From positions 1-64,000 of the IMG/VR virus record IMGVR_UViG_3300042197_004918: DNA of 64,000 nucleotides; one strand, 5' to 3'. Every line of letters starts with the position of its first letter. Within the stretch, counting starts at the first letter, position 1. The DNA is from a virus. Below, in pieces: positions 45,991-55,932 of this stretch. Made by a program: the position numbers and the translations under genes. The notes beneath the pieces are model-generated. The model worked only from the letters and a program-made list of their open reading frames with translations, did no database searches and had not been told where the DNA came from.

Positions 45991-47312
45991 ACAAACCATT
46001 ATGTATTTTACAGTCAGCATTATTCACCCGTAGTGGATACGGTGAATGGTCATTAGCGATGGCTAAATCGTTGCTTAGATACGGTAAGTTGGATTTGAAG
46101 ATCGTCCCTACTCGTTGGGGAGGATGTCCGTCCAAGACGTCGCTTTCCGACATGGAGACTCCTGAGGACATCGAATTGTTTAATCGTATTCTTCGACAGC
46201 CGTTACAAAAGCAGCCGGAAGTATTCATTCAAATGACTATTCCAAACGAATATCAGGCCCCCGCAAAGGTGAATATTGGTATGACCGCTGGAATTGAAAC
46301 CACAGTTCCACCGGGAGAGTGGATAGAGGGGATGAACCGGATGACGGCGAATTTCGTTTTATCCAATTTCGTCAAGGATGTGTTTCAAAAAACGGTATTG
46401 ACAAAACAAAACCCAAATGGGACGAAAGAAGAGATTAAACTGAAGAAACCCATCGAAGTAGTCAACTGGGGCGCAGACACATCCATCTATAAAAAGACGG
46501 ACGAGAAGTGTCCAACCTTAGATTCAGAACTTTCTGCGGTAAAGGAAGATTTTTGCTTTTTATTCGTAGGACAGTGGACGCACAGCAATGGATTGTTCAG
46601 TGACAGAAAAGACATCGGAATGTTGATTAAGACGTTCTGTGAAGCCTTCGCGAATCAGAAGAACAAGCCTGCTCTCATACTTAAAACCAGTGGAGTAGCG
46701 TTCTCTCAGGTAGATAAACACGAGTGTCTACGGAGGATAAACGCTATTAAGGCCACTGTCCAGGGTGACCTTCCAAACGTGTATCTTCTTCACGGAGAAT
46801 TGTCCGATGTCGAAATGAACGCACTATTCAATCACGAGAAGGTCAAGTGCCACGTAAGCTTCACTCACGGTGAGGGCTACGGCCATCCACTTTTACTGGC
46901 CTCTTTGAGCGGTAAACCGATAATGGCGTCGGATTGGAGTGGACATTTGGATTTCTTGAACAGAGACAATTCCTATCTTCTCCCAGGAGAAATCAAACCG
47001 GTCAGAGGAGATTCTGTAAATCAGTGGATAATCAGAGAATCGTCTTGGTTCCATGTAAACTATGAGAAAGCCAAGGAAAAGTTGAGAGGAATGGTCACGA
47101 ACTATGACAAACTAACTGAGAAAGCACTCGTAGCAAGCATAGTAAACAAAGATAAGTTCAGCAAGGAAGCGATAGACGTCCAATTCCATGCTATGTTGGA
47201 TAAATACATTCCGGAGTTTCCAACTACTAGCCAGATTGTTCTTCCGAAGTTGAAAAAACTTGAACTTCCTACGTTGAAGAAGATAGAATTGCCAACTTTG
47301 AAGAAAGTGTAA
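45987..47312 (+). CDS. GT4-like glycosyltransferase with (LPxLKK)3 tail
   Basis: TRSGYG, TAGIETT, FLFVGQW, RKD, THGEGYGHPLL, WSGHLDF. Confidence 0.85.
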   Translation: MNKPLCILQSALFTRSGYGEWSLAMAKSLLRYGKLDLKIVPTRWGGCPSKTSLSDMETPEDIELFNRILRQPLQKQPEVFIQMTIPNEYQAPAKVNIGMTAGIETTVPPGEWIEGMNRMTANFVLSNFVKDVFQKTVLTKQNPNGTKEEIKLKKPIEVVNWGADTSIYKKTDEKCPTLDSELSAVKEDFCFLFVGQWTHSNGLFSDRKDIGMLIKTFCEAFANQKNKPALILKTSGVAFSQVDKHECLRRINAIKATVQGDLPNVYLLHGELSDVEMNALFNHEKVKCHVSFTHGEGYGHPLLLASLSGKPIMASDWSGHLDFLNRDNSYLLPGEIKPVRGDSVNQWIIRESSWFHVNYEKAKEKLRGMVTNYDKLTEKALVASIVNKDKFSKEAIDVQFHAMLDKYIPEFPTTSQIVLPKLKKLELPTLKKIELPTLKKV

Positions 47313-47313
47313 A

Positions 47314-47985
47314 ATGAATGATGTCATAATATCTTATCTGGTTACGTGTAAGAACGAAGGGGAACAGCTTAGGGATCTTTTACGAGTTCTATCGAATTAC
47401 AGTCTGGGTTGTGAGTGCGTCATCCTCGATGATTACACTGACCACGAACTCACCCGAGCGGTGCTTAACGAAACTAAGAACGACCCGTTTTTTAGAATAG
47501 AATTACACCACCTAAATAAGAATTATTCGGAACACAAGAATTACGGAAAGTCTCTCTGTAGAGGCAAATGGGTGTTTCAGATTGACGCCGATGAAATTCC
47601 TTCCGAGACATTGCTCCAGAATTTGCAGGAAATACTCCTTTCAAATGAAAGTGTGGAATTGTTTTGGCTTCCACGGATAAACAACTTCATCGGAGTGACC
47701 GACGCCCATGCGAAGCAGTGGGGATGGAATATAAACAATCCTAATAAGTGGGTAAACTGGAACAACGGAGATTATCAAGGTAGACTTTTCAAAAATCTCC
47801 CTCACTTGGAGTGGAAGCGACCGCTGCACGAAAAAATAGAAGGGTTCAGGGTAGAATCTTGGTTTCCGAAAGAAGAAGACTTCGCGTTGATTCACACGAA
47901 GACAATAGAGAAACAGATAGAGACTAATTTGGGTTACAACAAAAATTTCAGTGAAGAGTTGAATAAGGGGCATAACCTAAAATGA
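47314..47985 (+). CDS. GT2 glycosyltransferase
   Basis: VTCKNE, ILDD, WVFQIDADE, DYQGRLF, W..PLHE. Confidence 0.88.
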   Translation: MNDVIISYLVTCKNEGEQLRDLLRVLSNYSLGCECVILDDYTDHELTRAVLNETKNDPFFRIELHHLNKNYSEHKNYGKSLCRGKWVFQIDADEIPSETLLQNLQEILLSNESVELFWLPRINNFIGVTDAHAKQWGWNINNPNKWVNWNNGDYQGRLFKNLPHLEWKRPLHEKIEGFRVESWFPKEEDFALIHTKTIEKQIETNLGYNKNFSEELNKGHNLK

Positions 47986-48452
47986 ACGACAACAAGGTGA
48001 GATATTTACAAGAGACTCGTTGCCACGTCCGATCCGTGCAACTGTATCTAAGCGAGTTCTCAGGAGAGCTTTACCGCAGGGGAATCCTTCACGACAATTC
48101 AAAGTTTTATGAACCAGAGTTGACGGGATTTTCTGAAAACATAGACAACGTTCCGAATATTGTTTATGGGAGCGAAGAACACTCCAGGAAATTGCTGGAG
48201 ATGAAGCCTATTATAGATGTTCATCACGAAGAAAACCGACACCACCCGGAACACTGGGATAACGGTGTGGATGATATGTCATTGTTGGATATAATCGAGA
48301 TGTTGATTGATTGGAAGTGTGCATCGCAACGATACAAAGATGGAAGCCTACGAAAGTCGGTAGACATAAATTGTGAAAAATATAACATATCCCCACAACT
48401 CAAAAAGATACTCTTGAATACGATTCGAGATCATTTCCCGGAGGACGCGTGA
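47982..48452 (+). CDS. HD-superfamily hydrolase (DUF5662-like)
   Basis: H...LHDNSKF, HHEENRHHPEHW, EMLIDW. Confidence 0.75.
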   Translation: MNDNKVRYLQETRCHVRSVQLYLSEFSGELYRRGILHDNSKFYEPELTGFSENIDNVPNIVYGSEEHSRKLLEMKPIIDVHHEENRHHPEHWDNGVDDMSLLDIIEMLIDWKCASQRYKDGSLRKSVDINCEKYNISPQLKKILLNTIRDHFPEDA

Positions 48453-49198
48453 AAACTTTGATTTACACCACAGCAATAGACTCCGATTCAACGAAGGTCA
48501 AGAACTCTGATTACAGCAGTTATGGTATCAAGAGTTGGGAACGTTGGTGTAACAAAAACCACATAGACTTTCATGTGATTCGTGACAATCATCCTAGATA
48601 TAAGTTCCCGGTTTGGAATAAGGACAGGATTTTCGAGATAGTCGGTGACACTTATGATAAGATTGGATATGTTGATTCCGACACGATTGTTAAATGGGAT
48701 TGCCCGAATCCGTTCGACCTCTACACCGATGAGTTCTGTGGTGTTAAGGAGATAAGCTCCCTCCGATGGATTTACAATTCAATACAATCGTATGGACACT
48801 TCTATAAGGGGGGTGTTGAACTACCACTCGATGAATACATAAACAGTGGGGTGGTATTCTTTAATAAAGAACACCGTTATATCTACGACGAACTGATAGA
48901 ACTCTACATCAAGAACCAAAGTGAACTGGATACCATAAAAGGTGTAGGGAAGGTCCAAACATTGCTTAACCTGTGTCTTAAAAAGAACCGGGTAAAACAG
49001 AAATATCTTGATGACCGATGGAATCTCTTCTCTATTCACAAGAAGAATATGTTCACTCACAACTGGCAATTGAATGAAGATATGGAACCGTTTTTTGTAA
49101 AGTATGCATATATCTGGCATTTTACCGGATTCCCAATCGAAAGTAGAACGGAAGTTATGAGAAAAGTATGGGAGGGATTTGAAAATCGTTATGAATAA
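48449..49198 (+). CDS. GT8-like nucleotide-diphospho-sugar transferase
   Basis: YVDSDTIV, INSGV, Q..LN, IWHFTG. Confidence 0.8.
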   Translation: MKTLIYTTAIDSDSTKVKNSDYSSYGIKSWERWCNKNHIDFHVIRDNHPRYKFPVWNKDRIFEIVGDTYDKIGYVDSDTIVKWDCPNPFDLYTDEFCGVKEISSLRWIYNSIQSYGHFYKGGVELPLDEYINSGVVFFNKEHRYIYDELIELYIKNQSELDTIKGVGKVQTLLNLCLKKNRVKQKYLDDRWNLFSIHKKNMFTHNWQLNEDMEPFFVKYAYIWHFTGFPIESRTEVMRKVWEGFENRYE

Positions 49199-49946
49199 CA
49201 TCGTCTTCATAATAAACGTAAAGAACGCCGGAAAACCAAAGCCGGAGTATGACCTTTCTATAAAGAGTTGGAAGAAGTTCTGTGAAAAACACGGTCACGA
49301 ACTATTCGTTCTGGATTCTCCGATTGTAGACCAAGAACAAATGGGCATAATCTGGCAGAGATACTTCCTATTTGATTTGTTGGATCACAATCAGATAAAA
49401 TACAATCAGATTTTGATAGTTGATGCGGATACGATTGTTCATCCACAGTGTCCAGATTTCTTTGAATTTACCGAGAACAAATACACTCTCGTTAAAGATG
49501 ACGGTGACTATGATTGGATACTTCGGTCTATGGAGAACTACAAGAAATTTGTATTTCCAGACGAACCGATGTTCGAGTGGTTTAATTACTACAACAGCGG
49601 ATTCCAGATAGTTAACTCGACCCACCGACCTTTTTTTGACACAATGCGTGGATTTTATGCGGAAAACCACGAAGCGATACGTTGGTGTCAAAAGACATTT
49701 GGTGTAGGAACTGACCAAACTCCACTTAATTTTCTTTTAAGACGTGAGAAGGTGGAGATTAAAGAATTGTCATATAAATACAATTGTGTTTGCCTAAATA
49801 AGAAGGAAGTGTTAGACTCCGATATGTTACATACTAAGGTAGCACACGTTATGCATTTTAACGGGCTGCCGGATAAGGATAAAAGTGTTCCGTATTGGAT
49901 GGAACTAACTTACAACCATTTATATGAAGATAGGAATAGTAGGTAG
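49191..49946 (+). CDS. GT8-like nucleotide-diphospho-sugar transferase (tandem paralog)
   Basis: IVDADTIV, YNSG, DQTPLN, MHFNG. Confidence 0.8.
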   Translation: MNNIVFIINVKNAGKPKPEYDLSIKSWKKFCEKHGHELFVLDSPIVDQEQMGIIWQRYFLFDLLDHNQIKYNQILIVDADTIVHPQCPDFFEFTENKYTLVKDDGDYDWILRSMENYKKFVFPDEPMFEWFNYYNSGFQIVNSTHRPFFDTMRGFYAENHEAIRWCQKTFGVGTDQTPLNFLLRREKVEIKELSYKYNCVCLNKKEVLDSDMLHTKVAHVMHFNGLPDKDKSVPYWMELTYNHLYEDRNSR

Positions 49947-51717
49947 GGGATATTTTGGGACCAAAATATATGAGACGTTAAAGGATTCGCATGAGATCGT
50001 TTTCTTTACCGGACGAGAACTGCTTATTGATTACGACATAGATTGGGCCATCATCGCGTCTTCAAACGACTCTCATTACAAGTTGGTTGATGAGTTTATC
50101 AACCGTGAGATAGATGTATTTTGTGAAAAACCATTAACAACAAATTTCTCCGATGCAATTGAACTCTTAAACCGTGCAAAACGAACCGGTGTGAAGTTGT
50201 ATGTGGACGACATATTCTTATACAATTCCGAATATCTGGCGAAACGGGAAGAGATGCGCAATTCGTCAGAATTGACGTTCAGTTGGAAAAAATTCGGTTC
50301 GTTCAAAGATAACATCGTAAACAATCTGACTTATCACGACTTGTATCTATTGGTAGATTTGTTCGGATACCAACGGATTCGGGGACTACAATCCACTGTT
50401 AACCGTATAAACGAGAAGGTCTGCACGTTCTTGTATGGTTCCAAAAAAATCACGTTGGAATATAATCGACTTTTCATGGGAAAATCCGAGAAGACGGTGA
50501 CGTATGACAAAAATGTATGTGATTTCACAAAGAGTGATAACAACTCTCTGTTAGATATGTTCGCAGCCGTGTTTTCCGAAAAAGCGGATTTTAACAGAAA
50601 TGAAGAACTAACACGGTCGGTGCAATCTCTGATGCGTGCAAACTTTTCTGGTTACAACTCTAAACCGCAACTTGCCGTAGTCGGCGGCGGAATCTTCGGT
50701 GTGACCGCAGCGTTAGAACTTATGAAGGATTTTAACGTAACCCTTTACGAGTCTAATTATGGATTATTGAACAATGCGAGTTCTATAAATCAATATCGAA
50801 TCCACCGAGGGTATCACTACCCAAGAAGCAAGGAGACTGCACACTCATCAAAATCAGGAAACGACTCTTTTCTTAAAACATACAACTGCCTAAGTGATAC
50901 GGTTACTAAGAATTATTACTGCATCGCAAAGGTTGGGTCAAAAACTGATGCTGAGGGGTATTTGAAATTCTTGAAGGAAGCTGGATTGGAGTTCTGCCCG
51001 TTAAATCTGGACGTCTTAAAGTCGGAAAATTTAAGTCTGACTGTGGAGGTTTCGGAGAAACTGTTCGATGCAAAGAAGTTGCTGACGTCGGTTTATAACC
51101 TAATTGATTCATATGAACTTCCATGTATTCTCGGTTCGACTTTTACGAGGGATATGAAAGCGAACTATGATTATGTTGTGAACTGTTCTTACGCAAACCT
51201 TAATTACATTTTGGAGGACGAACAACAGTTCGATTGCCAGTTTGAGTTGTGTGAGAAACCTGTAGTAAAGATGCCTGCCTCCTATAAAGGAAAGAGTATT
51301 GTGGTGATGGACGGTCCATTTATGTGTGTGGACCCGTATGGTTCAACTGACAATCATGTGCTTGGAAATGTGGTTCACGCTATACATTGTTCTAATATTG
51401 GCAAGTTCCCAATAATACCCGACAAATACACTTCCTTACTAAATCGAGGTGTAATCCCATCAAATGAGTTGGTAGGAATCACCAAATTTGATAAATTTAT
51501 CACATCCGCAAGACCGTTTTTTAAGGATATAGAATCTTCGGAACACATCGGTTCTATGTTCACAGTTAGAACTGTTTTGCCGATGAAAGAACATGACGAT
51601 GCACGGCCGAGTTTGATAAAGAAACATGACGACAAGGTTTACACCATTTTTTCAGGAAAAATAGCGACGTGTGTAGATTGTGCAAAAAATTTGAAAGAAA
51701 CTCTTCTTAAACAATAA
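49924..51717 (+). CDS. fusion of Gfo/Idh/MocA NAD oxidoreductase and FAD-dependent oxidoreductase
   Basis: GIVGRGYFG, FCEKP, YHD; second Rossmann VVGGGIFG, IHRGYHYPRS, SGKI. Confidence 0.8.
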   Translation: MKIGIVGRGYFGTKIYETLKDSHEIVFFTGRELLIDYDIDWAIIASSNDSHYKLVDEFINREIDVFCEKPLTTNFSDAIELLNRAKRTGVKLYVDDIFLYNSEYLAKREEMRNSSELTFSWKKFGSFKDNIVNNLTYHDLYLLVDLFGYQRIRGLQSTVNRINEKVCTFLYGSKKITLEYNRLFMGKSEKTVTYDKNVCDFTKSDNNSLLDMFAAVFSEKADFNRNEELTRSVQSLMRANFSGYNSKPQLAVVGGGIFGVTAALELMKDFNVTLYESNYGLLNNASSINQYRIHRGYHYPRSKETAHSSKSGNDSFLKTYNCLSDTVTKNYYCIAKVGSKTDAEGYLKFLKEAGLEFCPLNLDVLKSENLSLTVEVSEKLFDAKKLLTSVYNLIDSYELPCILGSTFTRDMKANYDYVVNCSYANLNYILEDEQQFDCQFELCEKPVVKMPASYKGKSIVVMDGPFMCVDPYGSTDNHVLGNVVHAIHCSNIGKFPIIPDKYTSLLNRGVIPSNELVGITKFDKFITSARPFFKDIESSEHIGSMFTVRTVLPMKEHDDARPSLIKKHDDKVYTIFSGKIATCVDCAKNLKETLLKQ

Positions 51718-51718
51718 T

Positions 51719-52288
51719 ATGACATTAGATTCAATATTGGAAATGGTTCCGGATAAATTTTCGGATATAACGACGACATCAAAGAAATTCAAGACTGACG
51801 TTTATACGTTTTTCAATACACCCGAGTTTTCTGACAAAACGTGTCTTGAGATAGGGTGTAAGAACGGGTATACAACACTTGTGCTTACATATTTGTTTAA
51901 AATGGTGTATGGGATAAACTACGATACGATTGTATCTCCGAACAATTTTTTGGTATCCAAGGATAGGAGTAATTTTAAACTATTTGCTCAGGACGTATAT
52001 AAACTCGGTCTTCCTGTGAACGACTCTGATGTGATTTTTGTGGATGCTATTCATACCTATCAAGCCGTTCTTATAGATATAGAGAATTCATTAAAACTGA
52101 AATCAGTTGGTAAAAAATATTTCATTTTCGACGACATTGGGTTATACCCAGAGGTGAGAGCGGCTGTATATGAGTGTGTCGATGCTGGGTTGTTGAAGGT
52201 GGAGAAGAAAATTGGGTATGGTCCGTTCGACGGGGACTTTGTAAGATTGCTGAGCGACTATGAAGGGGTGATTTGTTCTGAAAAATGA
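51719..52288 (+). CDS. class I SAM methyltransferase
   Basis: CLEIG...GYTT, IFVDAIHTY, IFDD. Confidence 0.75.
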   Translation: MTLDSILEMVPDKFSDITTTSKKFKTDVYTFFNTPEFSDKTCLEIGCKNGYTTLVLTYLFKMVYGINYDTIVSPNNFLVSKDRSNFKLFAQDVYKLGLPVNDSDVIFVDAIHTYQAVLIDIENSLKLKSVGKKYFIFDDIGLYPEVRAAVYECVDAGLLKVEKKIGYGPFDGDFVRLLSDYEGVICSEK

Positions 52289-53292
52289 ATATCAAGATAT
52301 TAGAATTGGATAAGCACAGAAACGAAACTACGTTTCGACCATACCTTGCAGCTCAGAGTGAGTTCGAGAAAAACGGAATTTTCTTTGTAGAATCGGAAAG
52401 AGATGCCGATGTTCTCTTTGTTGGACAGGCCTCCATAATAGATAAGAAAATTCCCTTGCAGGAATCCGCAATGAAGGGGGTCAATTTTTTGAAAGAGTTG
52501 GATAAGCCTTACATCGTATTCGATGGACAGGATTCGTCAAGTTTGATTGGAGTTTGGGATGCCTGTAAATGGTTTTCCGGTATAAAGTGTGTGAAGAACG
52601 TGATATTGAAAGATTTGAATGGATATGGAAAAAGGTATCCGAATGGCAGATGGTTTTGGGGCAGAACCACTGATGGATATTCTTTGACAGAAGAATCGGT
52701 CAAAGAGTTGGATTCGTTTTTGGTTCCTGGCGCAACCAATTGGCTTAATACGTATGGGAACAAATTTCCACTACAGAAAATAAATAGAAACAAGAAATAC
52801 GACGTGGCCATATTGATTGGATTGGCTAAAGAAGGGGCTGAACATGGGTTTCATAGTGCCGATTATTATAACGAATCTCGACTGAATTTATTTGAGGTCG
52901 CAAAGAGGTTGAAGTGTAAAGTCATAACCACTGAGAAAACCGGGAAATTGGATCGCCAAAAATACTTGGAAACTTTGTGGGACAGCAAGTTCTGTATATC
53001 TCCATTTGGTTTCGGTGAGGTAAACATTCGTGAAATCGAAGCGTTAATGGTCGGAAGCGTAATCGTTAAACCTAACATCGAAAGTGTCATCACGACACCG
53101 AATATATACGGTCAGGGTATGTCTATTACGTGTAAGGATAATTACAGTGATTTACCTGACCTCATGGATGAATTGTTACCAGAATATTACGATTTCGCCG
53201 AAGCGATGATTGAGAACCAGTATGCTAAGTTCCAATACGAGTCAGCGGATTCAACGTTGGTGGCCAGAACGATTAAAAGTATATTAACATGA
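52285..53292 (+). CDS. glycosyltransferase-like protein (GT-B/exostosin-like C-terminus)
   Basis: SKFCISPFGFGE...REIEALMVGSVIVKP. Confidence 0.7.
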   Translation: MNIKILELDKHRNETTFRPYLAAQSEFEKNGIFFVESERDADVLFVGQASIIDKKIPLQESAMKGVNFLKELDKPYIVFDGQDSSSLIGVWDACKWFSGIKCVKNVILKDLNGYGKRYPNGRWFWGRTTDGYSLTEESVKELDSFLVPGATNWLNTYGNKFPLQKINRNKKYDVAILIGLAKEGAEHGFHSADYYNESRLNLFEVAKRLKCKVITTEKTGKLDRQKYLETLWDSKFCISPFGFGEVNIREIEALMVGSVIVKPNIESVITTPNIYGQGMSITCKDNYSDLPDLMDELLPEYYDFAEAMIENQYAKFQYESADSTLVARTIKSILT

Positions 53293-54278
53293 AATACAAA
53301 TACTCCATTGGCACCCATGTAATGTTCTATGAGATAGAAATGCTCAATGATTTCATCTCTGGGCTCATAAACCTGATGCACGACGTGGAGACTAAGGAAC
53401 GTGTATATATTGACCTCGCCTTCAACGTATCACAGTTTTTTGAAGAAGTGGATTTTTACAAAATCTCGAAGGACGAACTCATAAATAAGTTCAATAAACA
53501 GTTGGATAGACTGAAACCTTTTATACACGAACCCAATTTATCCACCCGGGTTATTAACAATGACAATGAGTTTTATACTCAAACGGATTATAGACGTGAA
53601 TACAACTCAAAGTTCTGCAAGATTGTTGATTTCGTGATGTGGGGTGAAACGGACAGCTTTTTTCCAAAACAAGCGTTCTCTTGTTTGGAGGTTCTAGGAG
53701 ACTATTCCCGTGAGGTTGGTGTGAACCGATTTGTAGCAAGTTTTGCCGACAGAAAGATGTGGGATTCTAGTTGGGATGCAACAGTTCATCCAAATTTCCT
53801 CGACCACAAGTTCGTAGAGGACGACTTTGAAAACAAAAATCAGGCAAAGTCATTCATGTCAATCGAAGAAATGAATAGGATAAACGAGTCGGCTAAGAGC
53901 TTGGACCTAATCCACATAAACTACCCAAAGATAGACGGTTCGTGTTTGGTGTTAAGTTCGGATTTTATACGTTCCGGTATAAACATACCACCGTGTTTTA
54001 TTCACAACGACGACGAAAGTTTGTCTTTGGTTGCGAAGCAGATGCTTGGTGACCAGTATTATCAATTTATTTTCAAAAACATACTGAAGGTTCATGCGAG
54101 GAGACACCCTAGAAAGAGAACATATGTGTTAAATGAGAACAATCCCAACGGTTTTTGTAATGAGAAAAAGGGGGATTGGTGGAAACGTTTCATACAGATG
54201 TCTCAACATAATGTCGCGATTCTCATAAAAAACCAAGGTAAGTTTTTGACCTTTGAAGACTTTAAAAACAGCGTATGA
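53289..54278 (+). CDS. putative GT-A fold protein
   Basis: VMWGETD, DGS, HNDDE; located in glycan cluster. Confidence 0.5.
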   Translation: MKYKYSIGTHVMFYEIEMLNDFISGLINLMHDVETKERVYIDLAFNVSQFFEEVDFYKISKDELINKFNKQLDRLKPFIHEPNLSTRVINNDNEFYTQTDYRREYNSKFCKIVDFVMWGETDSFFPKQAFSCLEVLGDYSREVGVNRFVASFADRKMWDSSWDATVHPNFLDHKFVEDDFENKNQAKSFMSIEEMNRINESAKSLDLIHINYPKIDGSCLVLSSDFIRSGINIPPCFIHNDDESLSLVAKQMLGDQYYQFIFKNILKVHARRHPRKRTYVLNENNPNGFCNEKKGDWWKRFIQMSQHNVAILIKNQGKFLTFEDFKNSV

Positions 54279-54952
54279 ACGAATTGAATGTTGTAATTTG
54301 TATAGATGACGTCCATCCACAGAAAAACTGGAGGATTCACGGAGATGTAGTCGAATCCTATCTGGATTCTCTGAACAGCACCTTTGGAGCCAAGTTCAAT
54401 CTGTTTATACCGTCATATTACCATTCCCTCACACCCCTTCGTTTATACCGAGATTGGGTAACTTGGATGAAGGATATGGGATACTTTGAGTTATGCGCCC
54501 ACGGCCATTTTCACAGTTGCAAAAATTCTATGTTAGGCGAACAAGAGTTCCTTGAGATAGACTACATTGATGCCAAGGAGAGGGTGTCGATGATAGTTGA
54601 TGAATGGGATAAGGTGGGGGTCAAACCGAGGGGATTTAGAATGCCTGGCTGGGGATGCTCTCAAGGGTCAGCTCAAGCGGTGGGTGAGTCGTTCGACTAT
54701 GTTGCGGCCCACTCCGAGATAAACTATAACATCACATTTCCGACAAAGACTTTCTACGGTTGTGATGGAATCCACGAAACGTCCGGTATGACAATTCAAA
54801 AAAATCAAACCGTGGTGTTTCAGTCTCACATATTCGGTGACTGGAATAAGAATGTGTGGAACGAAAAGAATTACGAGAACTTCTTTATGGTTCTTGACTA
54901 CCTGAGAAATACCTATACTGTTAACTTTACAACTTTCGGCGAATTGACATGA
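54275..54952 (+). CDS. polysaccharide deacetylase (NodB/CE4-like)
   Basis: IDDVHP, ELCAHGHFH, FRMPGW, QSH. Confidence 0.8.
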   Translation: MNELNVVICIDDVHPQKNWRIHGDVVESYLDSLNSTFGAKFNLFIPSYYHSLTPLRLYRDWVTWMKDMGYFELCAHGHFHSCKNSMLGEQEFLEIDYIDAKERVSMIVDEWDKVGVKPRGFRMPGWGCSQGSAQAVGESFDYVAAHSEINYNITFPTKTFYGCDGIHETSGMTIQKNQTVVFQSHIFGDWNKNVWNEKNYENFFMVLDYLRNTYTVNFTTFGELT

Positions 54953-55887
54953 AAATAGCATTTGTAACTGAGATGGGGTTCTTTGGAAAAGTTCCTAGAA
55001 ATCATAGGAACATGCGTGTGGAGTTTGCGTGGATGTGTGCGTTGGGAGCGGAGCATTTATGTTGTAACGCATCGGCGATAGATTCTTACGATTTAATTGT
55101 GGTTATTCTTCCTAAGAAAAATCTCAACGTATGGATACAGGAAGATTACATAGAAAAGTTCAGGAAACACACCAAACGCCTCGCGGTGATGCAAGAGGGG
55201 CCTCATTGGTATTTTCAAGATTACGATATACCGACTCAATTTTGGTTTTACAACATTTTGATGTCAGCGGATATACTGTTCACTCATAATCAGAACGATA
55301 AACGTTATTATGAGGGAATCACTTGTCATCCGATGGTGAAGGTTATGCCATCGCTTATGATAGAAGACCTTGTTTCTAACACTCAACCGAAGAAGTCTGC
55401 TGGAACCATGATAGGTGGAAACTTTGTCAACTGGTATGGTGGATTTGATTCATACATTGTAGCACAAGATATTGGAGAAAATATATACTGCCCAAGTATG
55501 GGTAGAAAACAGCCGAATGAGGATGCTATAGAAAACATTCAACATTTGCCATATCTCGATTGGGCGGGGTGGATGGATAATCTATCGGTTATGAAGTATG
55601 GCATCCATCTTATGCGAACCCACGCGGCGGGAACATTTGCTTTAAATTGTGCTTACTTCGGAATACCGTGTATAGGATACAAGGGGTTGGATACTCAAGA
55701 TATATGTCATCCGAGTTTAACGGTGGAGGTTGCCGATGTTAAACGTGCTAGGGAGCTGGCTAGAGAACTTTTGGATGAACGGTTTTACAAAAAGTGTTCG
55801 GAAGAGAGTCGGCATTTATACGAAAAAAACTACAGAGAACCCACCTTTATCTCTTACATGAATGAAATATTCTCTGCGTTGAATTAA
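54949..55887 (+). CDS. GT-B glycosyltransferase-like protein
   Basis: MKIAFVTE, QEGP, AAGTFALNCAYFGIPCIG. Confidence 0.6.
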   Translation: MKIAFVTEMGFFGKVPRNHRNMRVEFAWMCALGAEHLCCNASAIDSYDLIVVILPKKNLNVWIQEDYIEKFRKHTKRLAVMQEGPHWYFQDYDIPTQFWFYNILMSADILFTHNQNDKRYYEGITCHPMVKVMPSLMIEDLVSNTQPKKSAGTMIGGNFVNWYGGFDSYIVAQDIGENIYCPSMGRKQPNEDAIENIQHLPYLDWAGWMDNLSVMKYGIHLMRTHAAGTFALNCAYFGIPCIGYKGLDTQDICHPSLTVEVADVKRARELARELLDERFYKKCSEESRHLYEKNYREPTFISYMNEIFSALN

Positions 55888-55932
55888 AAGAAAATTCGCA
55901 AGTTTTTCGGCGGTATATATTTAGTGAAATCT

